Below are positions 11,910 to 23,505 of a stretch of 64,000 nucleotides of DNA, piece after piece (position 1 is the stretch's first letter; each line of letters starts with the position of its first letter). The notes under the pieces were generated by a model. The model saw only the letters and a list, made by a program, of their open reading frames with translations, did not search any database and was not told the DNA's origin. A program made the translations under genes and the position numbers. The stretch is from positions 118,918,001-118,982,000 of the forward strand of contig NC_058368.1 in NCBI RefSeq assembly GCF_018350175.1, in the 5' to 3' direction. The stretch is from Felis catus. Its lineage: Eukaryota.

Positions 11910-13190
11910 TTATTCATACATTTAACAAATATTTATGGAGTACCTATCCTATGCCAGGTTCTGGGTTTAACTCTGTGAAAAAGATAGCCATGGTCCTCTA
12001 CTCTCAGAGAACGTCTAGAATGGAGGGACACAGAGACAAGTCAACAGGTGGTTGCACTACAATGAGATAAATGCTAGGATAAGGAAAATGCTTGGTGTTG
12101 AGGAGAGGCCTGTAACCCAGATGCTGTGGCGGGGGGAGGGTTTCAAGGATGGGCTTGCTTGGGGATATGATGTTTTAGTTGGGCTTTGGCTACTCAGGAA
12201 GAAGAGCTGGCTCTATAGGTGGAAAGGTCCGAAGTGGGCTGAAACATAGGAAACAGCATTATGCAAAGGCACAGAAACAACAAAGAGGGAAGGAAAAGCA
12301 GTTTGGAAAGGTTACACAACGAAAAGCTTACCAGGTCATCAAAGTCCTTATAAGCCACAGTAAACTGTTAGACTGTCCAGAGGCAGTGAGGATGCTGAGG
12401 TGTTATAAACAGGGGACTGATCTGATCATTATCTGTATGTCTGACAGCTTTAGCTGCACTATAGAGTGCAGACTGAAGATGACAACAAGAGAGTCAGTCA
12501 ACTACACTTAGCCAACTACAAGGTTACAGCAGCCGGAACTTAAGGTAAGAAAAGGGAAGATACTAAGTAGATGGGTTTGTGAGGTATCTGTCAGTCACAT
12601 CTACAAGCCTTGATAACTAAAATATGGGGTTAGAGGGGAAAAAGGGTAAGTGGGGATTATGTCCAGATTTCTCCACTGGAGAACAGGACTGACCAAGTAC
12701 TGTACTCAGGAAGCATGGCATGGAATAAGCTGATGCATCACTTTGGACATGGAAGACTTTGGAAGATACTCAGTAGCTGATTGGAACTAAGGGTCAGGAT
12801 GTCAAGAGCACATGTCTGACCTACAGATACAGAAAATACGGGCGTCTGGTGCATACAGACACACTGTAATGGATGTGTCAAAAGAGGGTAAGATTATTCA
12901 GGGAGAGGGAGAAAGTGAGAAGAGAGCCCAGGACAGAGCTCCGAGAAACTCTAAAAGGAAGAGGAACTTAAAGAGGCCAGAAAGGTAGATGGAAGAAATC
13001 TCAAGAGTACTATGTTAACAAAACCACAGAAAGAAGCCATTACCAACAGGATCCTGGTGTGGGCTGCTGCACAGTGGGTCACTGGACGGGTCCACTGAAC
13101 TAAACAAGAAGGTATCTGGTAACCTTGGAAAGAGGTCAGTGGAATGCAGACAGAAACCAGTGATTTTCCAAGCTCAAACAGGTGCCTCGT
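11910..13190 (-). mobile_element. L2 (about 1.3 kb 3' portion), apparently flanked by plus-strand L2 remnants (about 11450-11900 and 13200-13560)
   Basis: attcatacatttaacaaatatttatggagtacctatcctatgccagg is the reverse-complement L2 3' end, followed by purine-rich L2 ORF2-like sequence. Confidence 0.7.
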
Positions 13191-14018
13191 ATCTTCCAAA
13201 TGGCTCTCACATCTATCCCTAGATTTCCTTCTCCACTGCTACCATTCCGGTTCATGCTTTTATTCCTACTTGCCTTGACCTTTGCCAATGGCTTATATAC
13301 CTACCTTACTATGTAGTCTTTTTCTGCAACGTCCTCTTCCTTAAATAAAACACAGCAATATTTAACATGTTCTACACATGACTGCCAGAGTGATTTTTTT
13401 AAGATGCAGCTTCAAACAAACCAATCCTTAGCTCAGAAAAGCAATGGTTCTCCTTAGCAAGGGTACTCCAAGGGTACTCCTTAGCTTGACAAAGACTTCC
13501 ATTATCTTGTTCAAATCTGTGCGTCCAGCCATCTTGCCTACACTTACTTCTAACAGCCCATGCTCCACACACATGACTTTAAAAAATGCTAATCCTAAAA
13601 ACATTTTTTTTTTAACATTTAAAAAGTCAACATTTAATTATGGGCATGTAGGTGAGAGTAATTTCTTCTTTATTTAAAAAAAAGAAAAGAAAGGTCCACA
13701 GTTGTCCTTTATTTTTCCTCCACGAGTAACATCTGACAAAGAACTGTCATATAACACAGATACTTCCTGTTGTGTTATGGCATGAAATACATAGCTTAAA
13801 GAGAGAAAAATGCATTTTATAAATACTCTTTTATAGAAAACATATCCATCCTAATATCAGCTTACTCATTCAATTAGTTCTTAGCTAAGTAAAATGACAA
13901 GGAAAGAAGACAAGAAATAATGGCTTTGCTTTTTGTTTTGTTTTGTTTAAGGATTCCTCTTACCAGCCTTGCAGAAGCTATCCAGGGGTTTCTAACTGGA
14001 AAAGGGAGCTTGTACATA

Positions 14019-14446
14019 CAATGTCCCCCTTATCCACTGTTTTGGTTACCTATGGCCAACTGCAGTCTGTGAGCAGATGATCCTCATGCTGATGTATCAC
14101 CAGTAGGTCAACAGCAGCCTAACCCTACTGCATGATGCCTGTGTCATTCACCTCACTTCTCACAGAGGCATTTTATCCCCTCACATGATTGTAAGAAGGG
14201 TGAGTATAGTAAAGTAAGGTATTTGGGGAGAGAGAAAAACCACACTCACATAACTTTTATTATAGTTTAGTGTTATAACTGTTCTTATTAATTGCAGTTG
14301 TTCATTTCTTACTGTGCGTTATAAATTAGACTATCATAGGGATGTCCCTTACAGGAAAACTTTTTTCTTTTAGGGTACCATTTGCAGTTGTAGGCATCCC
14401 CTGGGCATCTTAGAACACATACACTGGGGCTAAGGGGGGACTGCTG
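14019..14446 (+). mobile_element. MER44 (Tigger7-derived) element
   Basis: Imperfect TIRs caatgtcccccttatcc / gggctaaggggggactgctg with TA on both sides; internal gtcattcacctcacttc and aagaagggtgagta. Confidence 0.85.
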
Positions 14447-15009
14447 TACTGCACTAAGCCAGCAAGTGTCCTAGCTTTCCAGTTATACACATGCTTATTG
14501 CAAGTAAGTATATGGGTCAAAAGCCATTTAAGATTTTCAGATTAGTTTTAATCTAAACAGATCACAGAGGGCTGTGACACATCTGAATGATATGTTGAAG
14601 ATGACCCAACACATTGAGCAGGTTATGTTCTTTTAGGCAGAGCTGCATCCATCACAACATTCCTGTTCCTTTTTGTTGTTGTTATAGTTTTCTAAGATTT
14701 TGCACAATCACATACATGGACAAATAATGCAATGCAGTGATGATAAAATATGCTTACCAAGGATGTTGCCCTTTTATAATTTACCTGCTAGCTTTGGTAC
14801 TACATTATAACACATGAATAACTTATATGTAAATATATGTGTGTATTATATGAGGATATATAAGTGATATATAAATGCAATGATCCCAGGATCAATCATC
14901 AAAAGATTACTGTTCACTTTATAAATCCTATACCCAAAATAAATTGTATTATGAAGAATTTTACTAAGATTGATAAAGAAAAATTTACCACTGTCAACTT
15001 AAAATTTCA

Positions 15010-15317
15010 ATTACAGTTAACATTTAGATAAATTCTGCCCCCAAAACTAGTAATAGCCTGTTGACCAGAAGTCTTACTGGGAACATAAAGTCAATTAACA
15101 CATACTTTCTGTATGTATTATATATTATATTCTTACAATAAAACTGGAGAAAAAGATACTGTTAAGAAAATCATAAGGACAAGAAAATTTATTTGTAGTA
15201 TTCCAATGCATTTATCAAAAAAAAAAAAAAAACCCAAACAAACAAAAAAAACAACAAAAAACCCCTGCTTATAAGCAACCTGCCCAGTTCAAAACAAGTT
15301 ATTCAAGGGTCAAGTGT
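15010..15317 (-). mobile_element. Tigger2a-like internally deleted element
   Basis: Reverse complement of the Tigger2 3' subterminal region (tagcctgttgaccagaagtcttac; gttaagaaaatcataagg) joined to TIR cagttcaaaacaagttattcaagggtcaagtg. Confidence 0.78.
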
Positions 15318-15450
15318 GGTAGCGTGAGGTGATGAGTTGATTATCCCAGACACATCTTTCATGTTTGTGGAGGAATGCCATGAAGTCTGTTCCCCTTCTG
15401 TAGTTGTAATTTACCATCGATCCTAGGCAAATGGAAGTTAAAAAAGTTTA

Positions 15451-15610
15451 GGGCACCTGGGTGGCTCAGTCGGCTAAGCATCCGACTTTGGCTCAGGTCA
15501 TGATCTCATGGTTCGTAAGTTCAAGCCCTGCACCAGGCTCTGTGTTGACAGCTCAGAGCCTACGGCCTGCTTCAGATTCTGTCTCTGTCTCTCTCTCTGC
15601 CCCTCCCCTG

Positions 15611-15656
<46 letters not shown>

Positions 15657-15712
15657 CTCTCTCTCTCTCTCAAAAGTAAATAAACATTAGAAAAAAAAGA
15701 AAAAAAAAGAAA
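15451..15712 (+). mobile_element. CanSINE with expanded (CA)n(CT)n
   Basis: gggcacctgggtggctcagtcgg head; TSD aaaaaagttta/aaagaagttta. Confidence 0.95.
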
Positions 15713-16529
15713 TTAAAGAAGTTTATCACCACTAAAATAGCCTTAAACAAAGGGAAATTCTTTAAATGGAAAACAAAAGGCCATAATTAGAAGAAAATTA
15801 TGGAAGGAAAAACTTTCATGAGTAAAAGTGAACATACTGTAAAGGCAGTTGTGTTTTAGTAAAGACAGACGTACAATAAAGGACTAACAAAGCTAGTATG
15901 AAGGTTCAAAGACAAAAGTAGTAAAGTCAACTATACCTAAAAAAAAAAATTAGTCCAGGGGGCTCACAAAATAAAAAGATGTAAAACAGAACATATACAT
16001 AACATGTGGAGAGGGGAGTAAAAACGAAGTTCTTTTAGAATGTGTTCAAACCTAAATGACCATTATCTTAATACAGACTGCTGTGTATTTACGATGTTAC
16101 ATAGGAGATTCGTGGTAACCAGAAAACAAAAACCTGTAATAGATACACAAAAAATAAGGAGAAAGGAAGCCAAATTTACCACGAAAGAAAGTCATCAATC
16201 ATAAGAGAATAGGGAAGAGGAAAGGACAGAGAATGACGAAAACCAGAAAACTATTAACCAAAAGGCAGTAAGTACATGGCCATCAATAAGTACTTTAAAT
16301 GTAAACGGTCTAAAAATGCTCCCCAATCAAAAGACAAAAATAGAGAGTGGGGAAAATGGCAGGAGTAGATGATCCTGAGCTCACCTTCTCCCACAGACAA
16401 CTAGGTGATAGCTCCGTATGTGCAACGGACAATGTCCTGAAGCTGCCAGAACAGAATCTCCACAGAAAACTGAAGACAAGAGACAGCACGGAAAAGGGTA
16501 CAAGGGCTGGAGACATAGTTAGGAACCAA

Positions 16530-16740
16530 AGCCCCAGCTGGCTCGGTTGGTTAAGTGTCTGACGTTGGCTCAGGTCATGATCTCAGGGTTCAGGAGTCTG
16601 AGCCCTGCACTGGGCTCTGCCGTCAGTGCTGGGCCTGCTTCAGATCCTCTGTCCTCCTCTCTCTGCCTCTCCCCTGCTCACTTGCACACGCTCGCTCTCA
16701 AACATAAATAAACTTTATACATATAAAAAAAAAAAAAAAG
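16530..16740 (+). mobile_element. CanSINE inside L1 5'UTR
   Basis: ggctcggttggttaagtgtctgacgttggctcaggtcatgatctc; A tail. Confidence 0.9.
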
Positions 16741-17437
16741 ACTACCCACAACCAAGAGGAGCACCATAAGCACAAAGAAGCAGGAGGTTCAGAACCCACA
16801 CCAGGCACCCCAGGTACTGGAGACCTGTGGTGGAAGAAGAGTCTGCAGAGCATCTGGCTTTGAAAACCAATGGGTTTAACTCCAGGAGCTTTTAAAATCA
16901 TTAGGACTTAACTGCGTGTACTTTAAAAATCAGGAGGCTCGATGAAACAGAATACTGAGCCCAGAAATAAACCCACATGTACATGGTTCATCTGTGACAA
17001 GTGAGGCAAGAATATACAATGGGGAAAGACAGTCTCTTCAATAAATGGTGCTGGGGAAACTGGATGGCTACATGCAAAAGAATGAAGCTGGATCACTTTC
17101 TCAAACCATACATAAAACTCAACATGGATTACAGATCTAAATGTGAGACCTGAAACCATAAAACTTCTAGAAGAAAACATAGGCAGTAGTGTCTTTGACA
17201 TTGGCCTTAGCAACATTTTTCTAGGTATGTCGCCATGGGCAAGGGAAACAAAAGCGAAAGTAAGCTATTGGGACTACGCCAAAATAAAATGCTTTTCCAC
17301 AGAGGAAGAAAACCATCAACAAAACAAAAAGGAAATGTACTGAATGGGATAAAATATTCACAAATGACATATCTGATAAGGGGTTTATATCCAGTATATA
17401 TAAATAATTTCTACAACACCCTCCCCCGCCAAACCAA

Positions 17438-17537
17438 ACAGCTGGCTCAGTTGGTAGAGCATGCAAATCTTGATCTCAGGTTCATGAGTTCAAGTCCCAC
17501 ACTAGGTGTGAAACCTACTTAAAAAAAAATAAAAATA
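17438..17537 (+). mobile_element. Old short CanSINE (tRNA-Lys-like head)
   Basis: ctggctcagttggtagagcatgcaaatcttgatctcaggttcatgagttcaagtcccac, A tail. Confidence 0.85.
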
Positions 17538-17760
17538 GGGGCGCCTGGGTGACTCAGTCGGTTGAGTGCCTGACTTCAGCTCAGGTCATCATCTCGCAGT
17601 TTGTGAGTTTGAGCCCCACATCAGGCTCTGTGCTGACAGCAAGCCTGGAGCTTGCTTTGGATTCTGTGTCTCCCTCTCTCTCTGTCCCTCACCCACTCAC
17701 ATGCTGTCTCTCAAGAATAAACATTAAAAAATAAATAAAATAAAAATTTTTAAAAATTTA
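17538..17760 (+). mobile_element. CanSINE inserted in the tail of the preceding SINE
   Basis: ggggcgcctgggtgactcagtcgg head directly after an A tail. Confidence 0.93.
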
Positions 17761-18214
17761 AAAAATGGGCATAGGACTTGAACATTCTTCCAAAGAAGAC
17801 ACACAGATGGCCAACAGGCACATAATAAGTGCTCAACACCACTATCGGGGAAATACAAATCCAGACCATAATGAGGTGGTATCTTACACCTGTCGGAATG
17901 GCTAGTATCAAAAAGAAAAGAAACAAGCACTGGTGAGGATGGAGAGAAAGGGAAGCCTTGTGCACCACTGGTGGAAATGTAAGTTGGTGCAGCCACTTTC
18001 CTCAAAAAATTAAAAAAAGAATTACCATACGGGTCCAGTAATTCCACTACCTGGTATTTAACCAAAGAAAACAAAAACACTAATTTTTTAGTGTGTAAAC
18101 ACCTCTGTTTACAACAGCATTATATACAATAGCCAAATATGGAAGCAACCCACATGTCCATCAGTAAATAAAGAAGATGTGTATACACATACAATGCACA
18201 CGTGCATGCACACC

Positions 18215-18232
18215 CATGTGCGCACGTGCACG

Positions 18233-18268
<36 letters not shown>
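18215..18268. repeat. Alternating purine-pyrimidine tract with (CG)n(CA)n
   Basis: catgtgcgcacgtgcacgcgcgcgcg(ca)14. Confidence 0.95.
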
Positions 18269-18883
18269 GGAATATTACTCAGCCATGAAACAGAATGAGG
18301 TGTTGTCATCTGCAACAACATGCACAGACCTAGAGAATATTATGCGAAGTGAAATAAATACATCGGACAAGGAAGGACAAGTATCATATGATTTCACTTA
18401 CATGTGGCATCTAAAAAACAAAACCAACACACCAAAAGCAGAAACAGACCCATGATTACAGAGAACAAACTGACAGTTCCTAGAGGGGGTAGGCTGGGGG
18501 TTGGGCAAAATGGGTGAAGGGGAATAGGAGGTATATGTTTCCAATTACATGGGTATGAAAAGTACAGCATAGGCAATCTAGTCAACGGTACTGTTAAAGC
18601 ATTTTGTGGGAACAGGTGGTAGCGACACTTGTGGTGGGCATAGCCCAAATATGTTGTAGATATGAAATTAATGTAAAATTGTGTCAGTTATACTTCAATT
18701 TAAAAAAAAAAAGCATGCTCTCAACTAGAGAAAAAACATTTCATTCAGATTGCTGAAATCTCAACATCTTCTATAATATACATTTATCTCTTTTATGTGC
18801 TGCTATGTTTATTTTTCAGCTATGATATATTAATATCAAACTACGATAGTGTACTCTTCTATTGTCTGCAGCTATCATGTTAC

Positions 18884-19000
18884 CAATGGTTCTCAGGAGC
18901 ATTTGGAGGGCTTTATCAAAATATAAACAAACAATTCCAACCCCCAAATTCGGATTCAGTAAGTCTGGGACGAAGCCTGAGAGATGATTCTGATTTGCTG
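18884..19000. mobile_element. MER5A-like hAT fragment
   Basis: caatggttctca...aattcggattcagtaagtctggga. Confidence 0.6.
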
Positions 19001-22000
19001 ATTAGTACCCATTTTGTACTCATCATAGTCTTTGTGGCAGTCCAAGGGGACAGAACATGTAATTTATGTGTTACATACTTGGGGGACACAACATAATTTC
19101 TATTTGGAGCCTTTGTCATTGCTAATTATTTAGTTTAATTCAAAGATGAATGTGTTGGCTTAAATTTTTTTTGGTAAACTGCCATGGATACTTTTTAGAG
19201 ATAACAGCCAATTTCTTAGTATTGTTTATATAATGAACTGTCCTAATTTTTAGCCTGGTGCTATAATTTAAATTAAATAAAGCATCACTGTATGAAATGG
19301 CAAATGTTAATCCCAGTTTTGACTTCCTTTTTTAGTTTTCATGAAGAAAGGAAATTCACGTTGAGTTGCTTAAACACTGGTAAAAATAGAGATATTCAAA
19401 CCTAAACTTTATAGGTTTTATTCTGTCTGCAACATAGAAAGCACCGCTACTTACTAAGTTCAACTAGGCCCAAAGAGTTTTCCTCAATCATAACATTAAA
19501 ATATTACAAGTATGTGTGTTTCATGCATTTTTTTTTCCCTTGGGGAAAAAGCTACTTTCATGGTCCAAAAAGCTTAAAAATACCGACTCAGGAACCAGAA
19601 TTGAACACACAAAAAATTATTTTCCTATTATAACAATGAAAGAAGGGCGGGCTATCGAAAATCAAATGTCCTTCTGTTTTTGGCTTGCTATCAGTTTTAA
19701 ACTTGCTGAAGGAACAGACAGGGAAACACATGTCAACTCAGTAAATGTCTTTTGCACTTACAAAAAATTTACTTTGTCTTAATCATAATCAGGTTTTACA
19801 TCATGCAGGTAAACCCTCCCCTGAAAGACTTTCAGATATGGAAAGGTATTTAAAGACATAAACCATTATATTACTGTATTCTCAAGTGACAGTATATAAA
19901 GTTTTACTGTTAAGAAACAAAAACATTTTTCTTACAATTTTTAAAATGAATTTTAATTTGGATAAAATTCCCTTCTTCATATAATTTACAAGTAAATAAA
20001 AATCTTCAAGTATCGTTTAGAAACCTTCTCCAACCAGTAATCTGACCCCACAAAACTGTTCTAATCTTAATAAAGAAAAAAAAAACCCTAAACACAGGCA
20101 TTTGAGTTGTGAATACAAAAGAATACTTAAGAAGACCTTTAGGTCTCGACCAGTTTTTCAATAAAAAATTGTACAGAATTCGGCAGGCTCCAGTCCTCAT
20201 GCAGGGGTGACAGCTGGCTCAGGTGGTTCAGTGATTCACCAGCTCCAAACAATGCTTGGGGCAGAACACACACTGAGAGATAATATATTTTCTAAGTTTT
20301 TTTTTATCTTATATAAATAAAAAAATAGAATAAAAATAATTCAATTTTAATATCATACAACATTTTTCCTGCAAACAGTGTTGGACAGTAAATACTTTGA
20401 AAGTAGGTCAGAGGAATTCCCAAATATAATCTCAAATAAATCAGACAAGGTAAGGGCAAGCCAGTTTGAAAAATTCCTTTTAATTTAATTAAAACTGTCT
20501 TTTAAAAACTTGTCATTATTATAGGAAAGTCCGGGATATCAATACTGATGAAATAGCACTAGTAACTTCTGGGGATTGCTAAAAGATTTGTAAGCCCTAA
20601 AAGATCTTATGCAGTCCTTAATAAGTGAGTATAGCTGTGCCTTTTTTCCAAGCTTAAAAGAAACGGAAATGAACAAGTTAAAAGGCATTTTCCTAACCCT
20701 GACTGCGAATCACAAGCCTGATGTTACTTGAAGCCAGCTGGCATGGTGCCCATTTACAGTAAGTTGTTTACTCCCTGTCCACCAATCACAATCACAGCAC
20801 AGAGAAAAAGTGCCTCCAGCCACAGTCAGGGTGTCTTTTCAAGACAGAGCGACAGAGAAAGAAAAGTTTATAAGCTTTATTAAATTCTTAGAGGTATTAT
20901 TTTTAACGCTGTTCCCAAATATTCCAATACAATTTCCGTAACCTCAGCATTTTCAACTCACATAATTGTCTCTCCATAGCCAATCTGAAAATCACAGTTC
21001 ATCAGTGGAATGGGCAGTGTCTTCTTATCATTTTTAAGTGCCTTACTAACTTTTAAAGGCCACAATATCTCCCTTAAAGTGGATTTTAATTTAACTAGAC
21101 TGAAACTTTTAAATGAGCAATATTTAGCATAAAAACTGAGAACAGTAAAAGAAACAATATCCAGGGGAACAGAAAACAGAAAGAGTGAACTCTGATCATC
21201 AAAAGAGAAATGAAGAAAACACAATGATCCAAGTAAGTGATGCCTGGACTGCCCCCAGAAATCACGTTTGGTGCTTAGCCCTTGGAGAGCCTCTTGTCAT
21301 CCATGCTGGCCAGCTGAGGGGAAAACTAGGTAGTAAAATACCTATTTTCATGGACCAAACTTGTCTACTATAGCTGTTCCCTAAATGACTTCCTAAGTGA
21401 CATGCCGTCACTGGTATCAGCTGCTCTGAAAAGTTCAGAACCTACCTTCCACTCAGTGTGTTCAATGAGTGTTCAAATGAGCAAAAGATACAAAAAGGGA
21501 ATGTCTCAGGCTTTCTCATCAACATCTACTTGATCCTAGAATCAAGTTGAGATCCTTTTTTTTTAAAACCAATAGCAATACGATTTTATTGGAATATGAA
21601 ATGTAAACAAATATTTTCAAACAATCTAACCTCATAAAAATGTATGGCATTACTAAATAGTTAATAAAGAAATCCTAAAGTATGATGTGGGCAGACACCT
21701 TCAGCTCTAGCCTAGCTGTGCAAAGTCCCCAAGGCTGTGTGGCAGGGCTCTGCAGCTGGGGGGAGGGGGCTGCTTGCAAACCACCTAGTGACAAGTCCCC
21801 AAAATGAAATCAGCCCTATTTTTCACTTTTTAAAACACAATCTAGCTTCCTTTGCTAACATGAATTTTGAACAAAGCTCAGCTCAAAGGGCACTAGGAAC
21901 CAAAACTTCTCTTTAAGCCACACATCTGGGTTGTGTTTCCCCCCACACCTTGTGTTAAGTCCGTTATGCCCAATAATCTTGGACTTTTAGTTGCTGCAAT

Positions 22001-22916
22001 GTTTGCTTGTATAATCAGTATTTCTTCCGTTACCTCTTTCACTTTTGTGTATTTCTCATAATTCCTATTTCTTCAAAAAGATGACGTGCATATTCTATCA
22101 AATAAATTAATAAATTATCCTATACTACTTTTCAAATCTATTTTTGGGGGTGGAGGTGCAAGTTCAATGTTAATGATCATCACACTTAGTTTAATTTTCT
22201 TTTTTTGAAGTCCAAACAACAAAGAATATACACAGAAAGTACTGGGAGTTGTTACAGGTCAAAGGGCATGTTATTTCTAAGGGTGTAAGGTTTTAATTAG
22301 ACTTCATTCGGAAAGTAAAGACCAAAAATAAAATTCTATCTTTGTTATAGCAGTTAAAAGCTGGAAAGGTGCCAGACTCATGGCCTTGGAGATTATTATA
22401 TAGTTTATAAGGAGGGTTTCAAAATAATGCTAAAGCAGTAGTGCCTTTTCTCTTCCTCAGTCACTTCTGGGTCCAAAGGGGGAAAAATCATCAACTATTC
22501 ATTAAGTTGTAAGTTTTATTCTATAAGTGTATTGTACTCCTAGAGCTTTTGCTACGGGAAAGCAAGTTGATTTGTCAACACAATGTCAAATATCTTGAAA
22601 GTAAGATTATACACAGTACTGACAAAGGAAATTCAAATTTAACAGGTTGATAACAGTCATAAATTATAATTAATAACTATTAATTAATAAATTTTACAGT
22701 AACAGTTCCATTTCTCAAATTTCCAACCTCCACTTTTCCTTTCAATTTTAACCAGTAAAAAATACAAAAACAAAAAGCACTATTTTGTTAGTTTAAGAAA
22801 ACTTTTCTATACAAAATTGAGCATCAAAGCATGAGAAAGGCGAACTCCAAGAAAACCAAAAGATGTTCATTCTACCTATTAAATGAAAATTCTTGAATTA
22901 AAAAATTCAAATGCTT

Positions 22917-23125
22917 GGGGCGCCTGGATGGCTCAGTCAGTTAAGCATCCCACTTCAGCTCAGGTCATGATCTCACGGTTCATGGGTTTGAGCTCCGCGT
23001 TGGGCTCTGTGCTGACAGCTCAGAGCCTGGAGCCTGCTTTGGATTCTGTGTCTCCCTCTCTCTCTGTCCTTCCCCCGCTCATGCTCTGTCTCTCTCTCTC
23101 AAAAATAAACATTAAAAAAATTTTT
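22917..23125 (+). mobile_element. CanSINE
   Basis: ggggcgcctggatggctcagtcagttaag head; flanked by aatgct on both sides. Confidence 0.95.
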
Positions 23126-23289
23126 TTAATGCTCAACACAATATTCCAAACCAAATTCAACAATACAGTAAAAGGATCATATATCACAATAAAGTGGGAT
23201 ATATTCCAGGGATGCAGGTTGAACATTTGCAAGTTAATCTATGTGATTCATCACATTAATAAAACTTAGGATAAAAATCATATGATCTA

Positions 23290-23505
23290 GGGGTGCTGGG
23301 GTGGCTCAGTCAGTTAAGCGTCCAACTCTTGATTTTGGTTCAGGTCATGATCTCATGGTTCATGTGATCAAGCCCCGCCTCGAGCTCTGTGCTGATAGCT
23401 GCTTGGGATTCTCTCTCTCCTCTTCTCTCTTCTCCTCTGCTCACATGCATGCGTCTGTGCGCGCGCGCTCTCTCTCTCTCTCTCTCTCTCAATAAACATT
23501 TTTTT
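23290..23505 (+). mobile_element. CanSINE
   Basis: Head ggggtgctggggtggctcag; degenerate TSD aaaatcatatgatc/aaaacagtatgatc. Confidence 0.92.

Larger units (their letters stand above)
15420..18712 (+). mobile_element. L1 mosaic: ORF1-end/inter-ORF/ORF2-start fragment (15420-16345), L1 5'UTR (16345-16940), ORF2 3' part and 3'UTR (16941-18712)
   Basis: atcaccactaaaatagcctta; tactttaaatgtaaacggtc; ggggaaaatggcaggagtagatgatcctgagctcacc; cagtctcttcaataaatggtgctgggg; terminal A tail. Confidence 0.85.

Noticed and set aside
17438..17520. tRNA-Lys-like sequence as a tRNA gene
   Set aside because: Followed by a SINE body and A tail, with no intact cloverleaf; it is an old CanSINE head.
20204..20250. 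ggggtgacagctggctcaggtggttcag resembling a tRNA/SINE head
   Set aside because: Too short, with no B box or tail; cannot be assigned.
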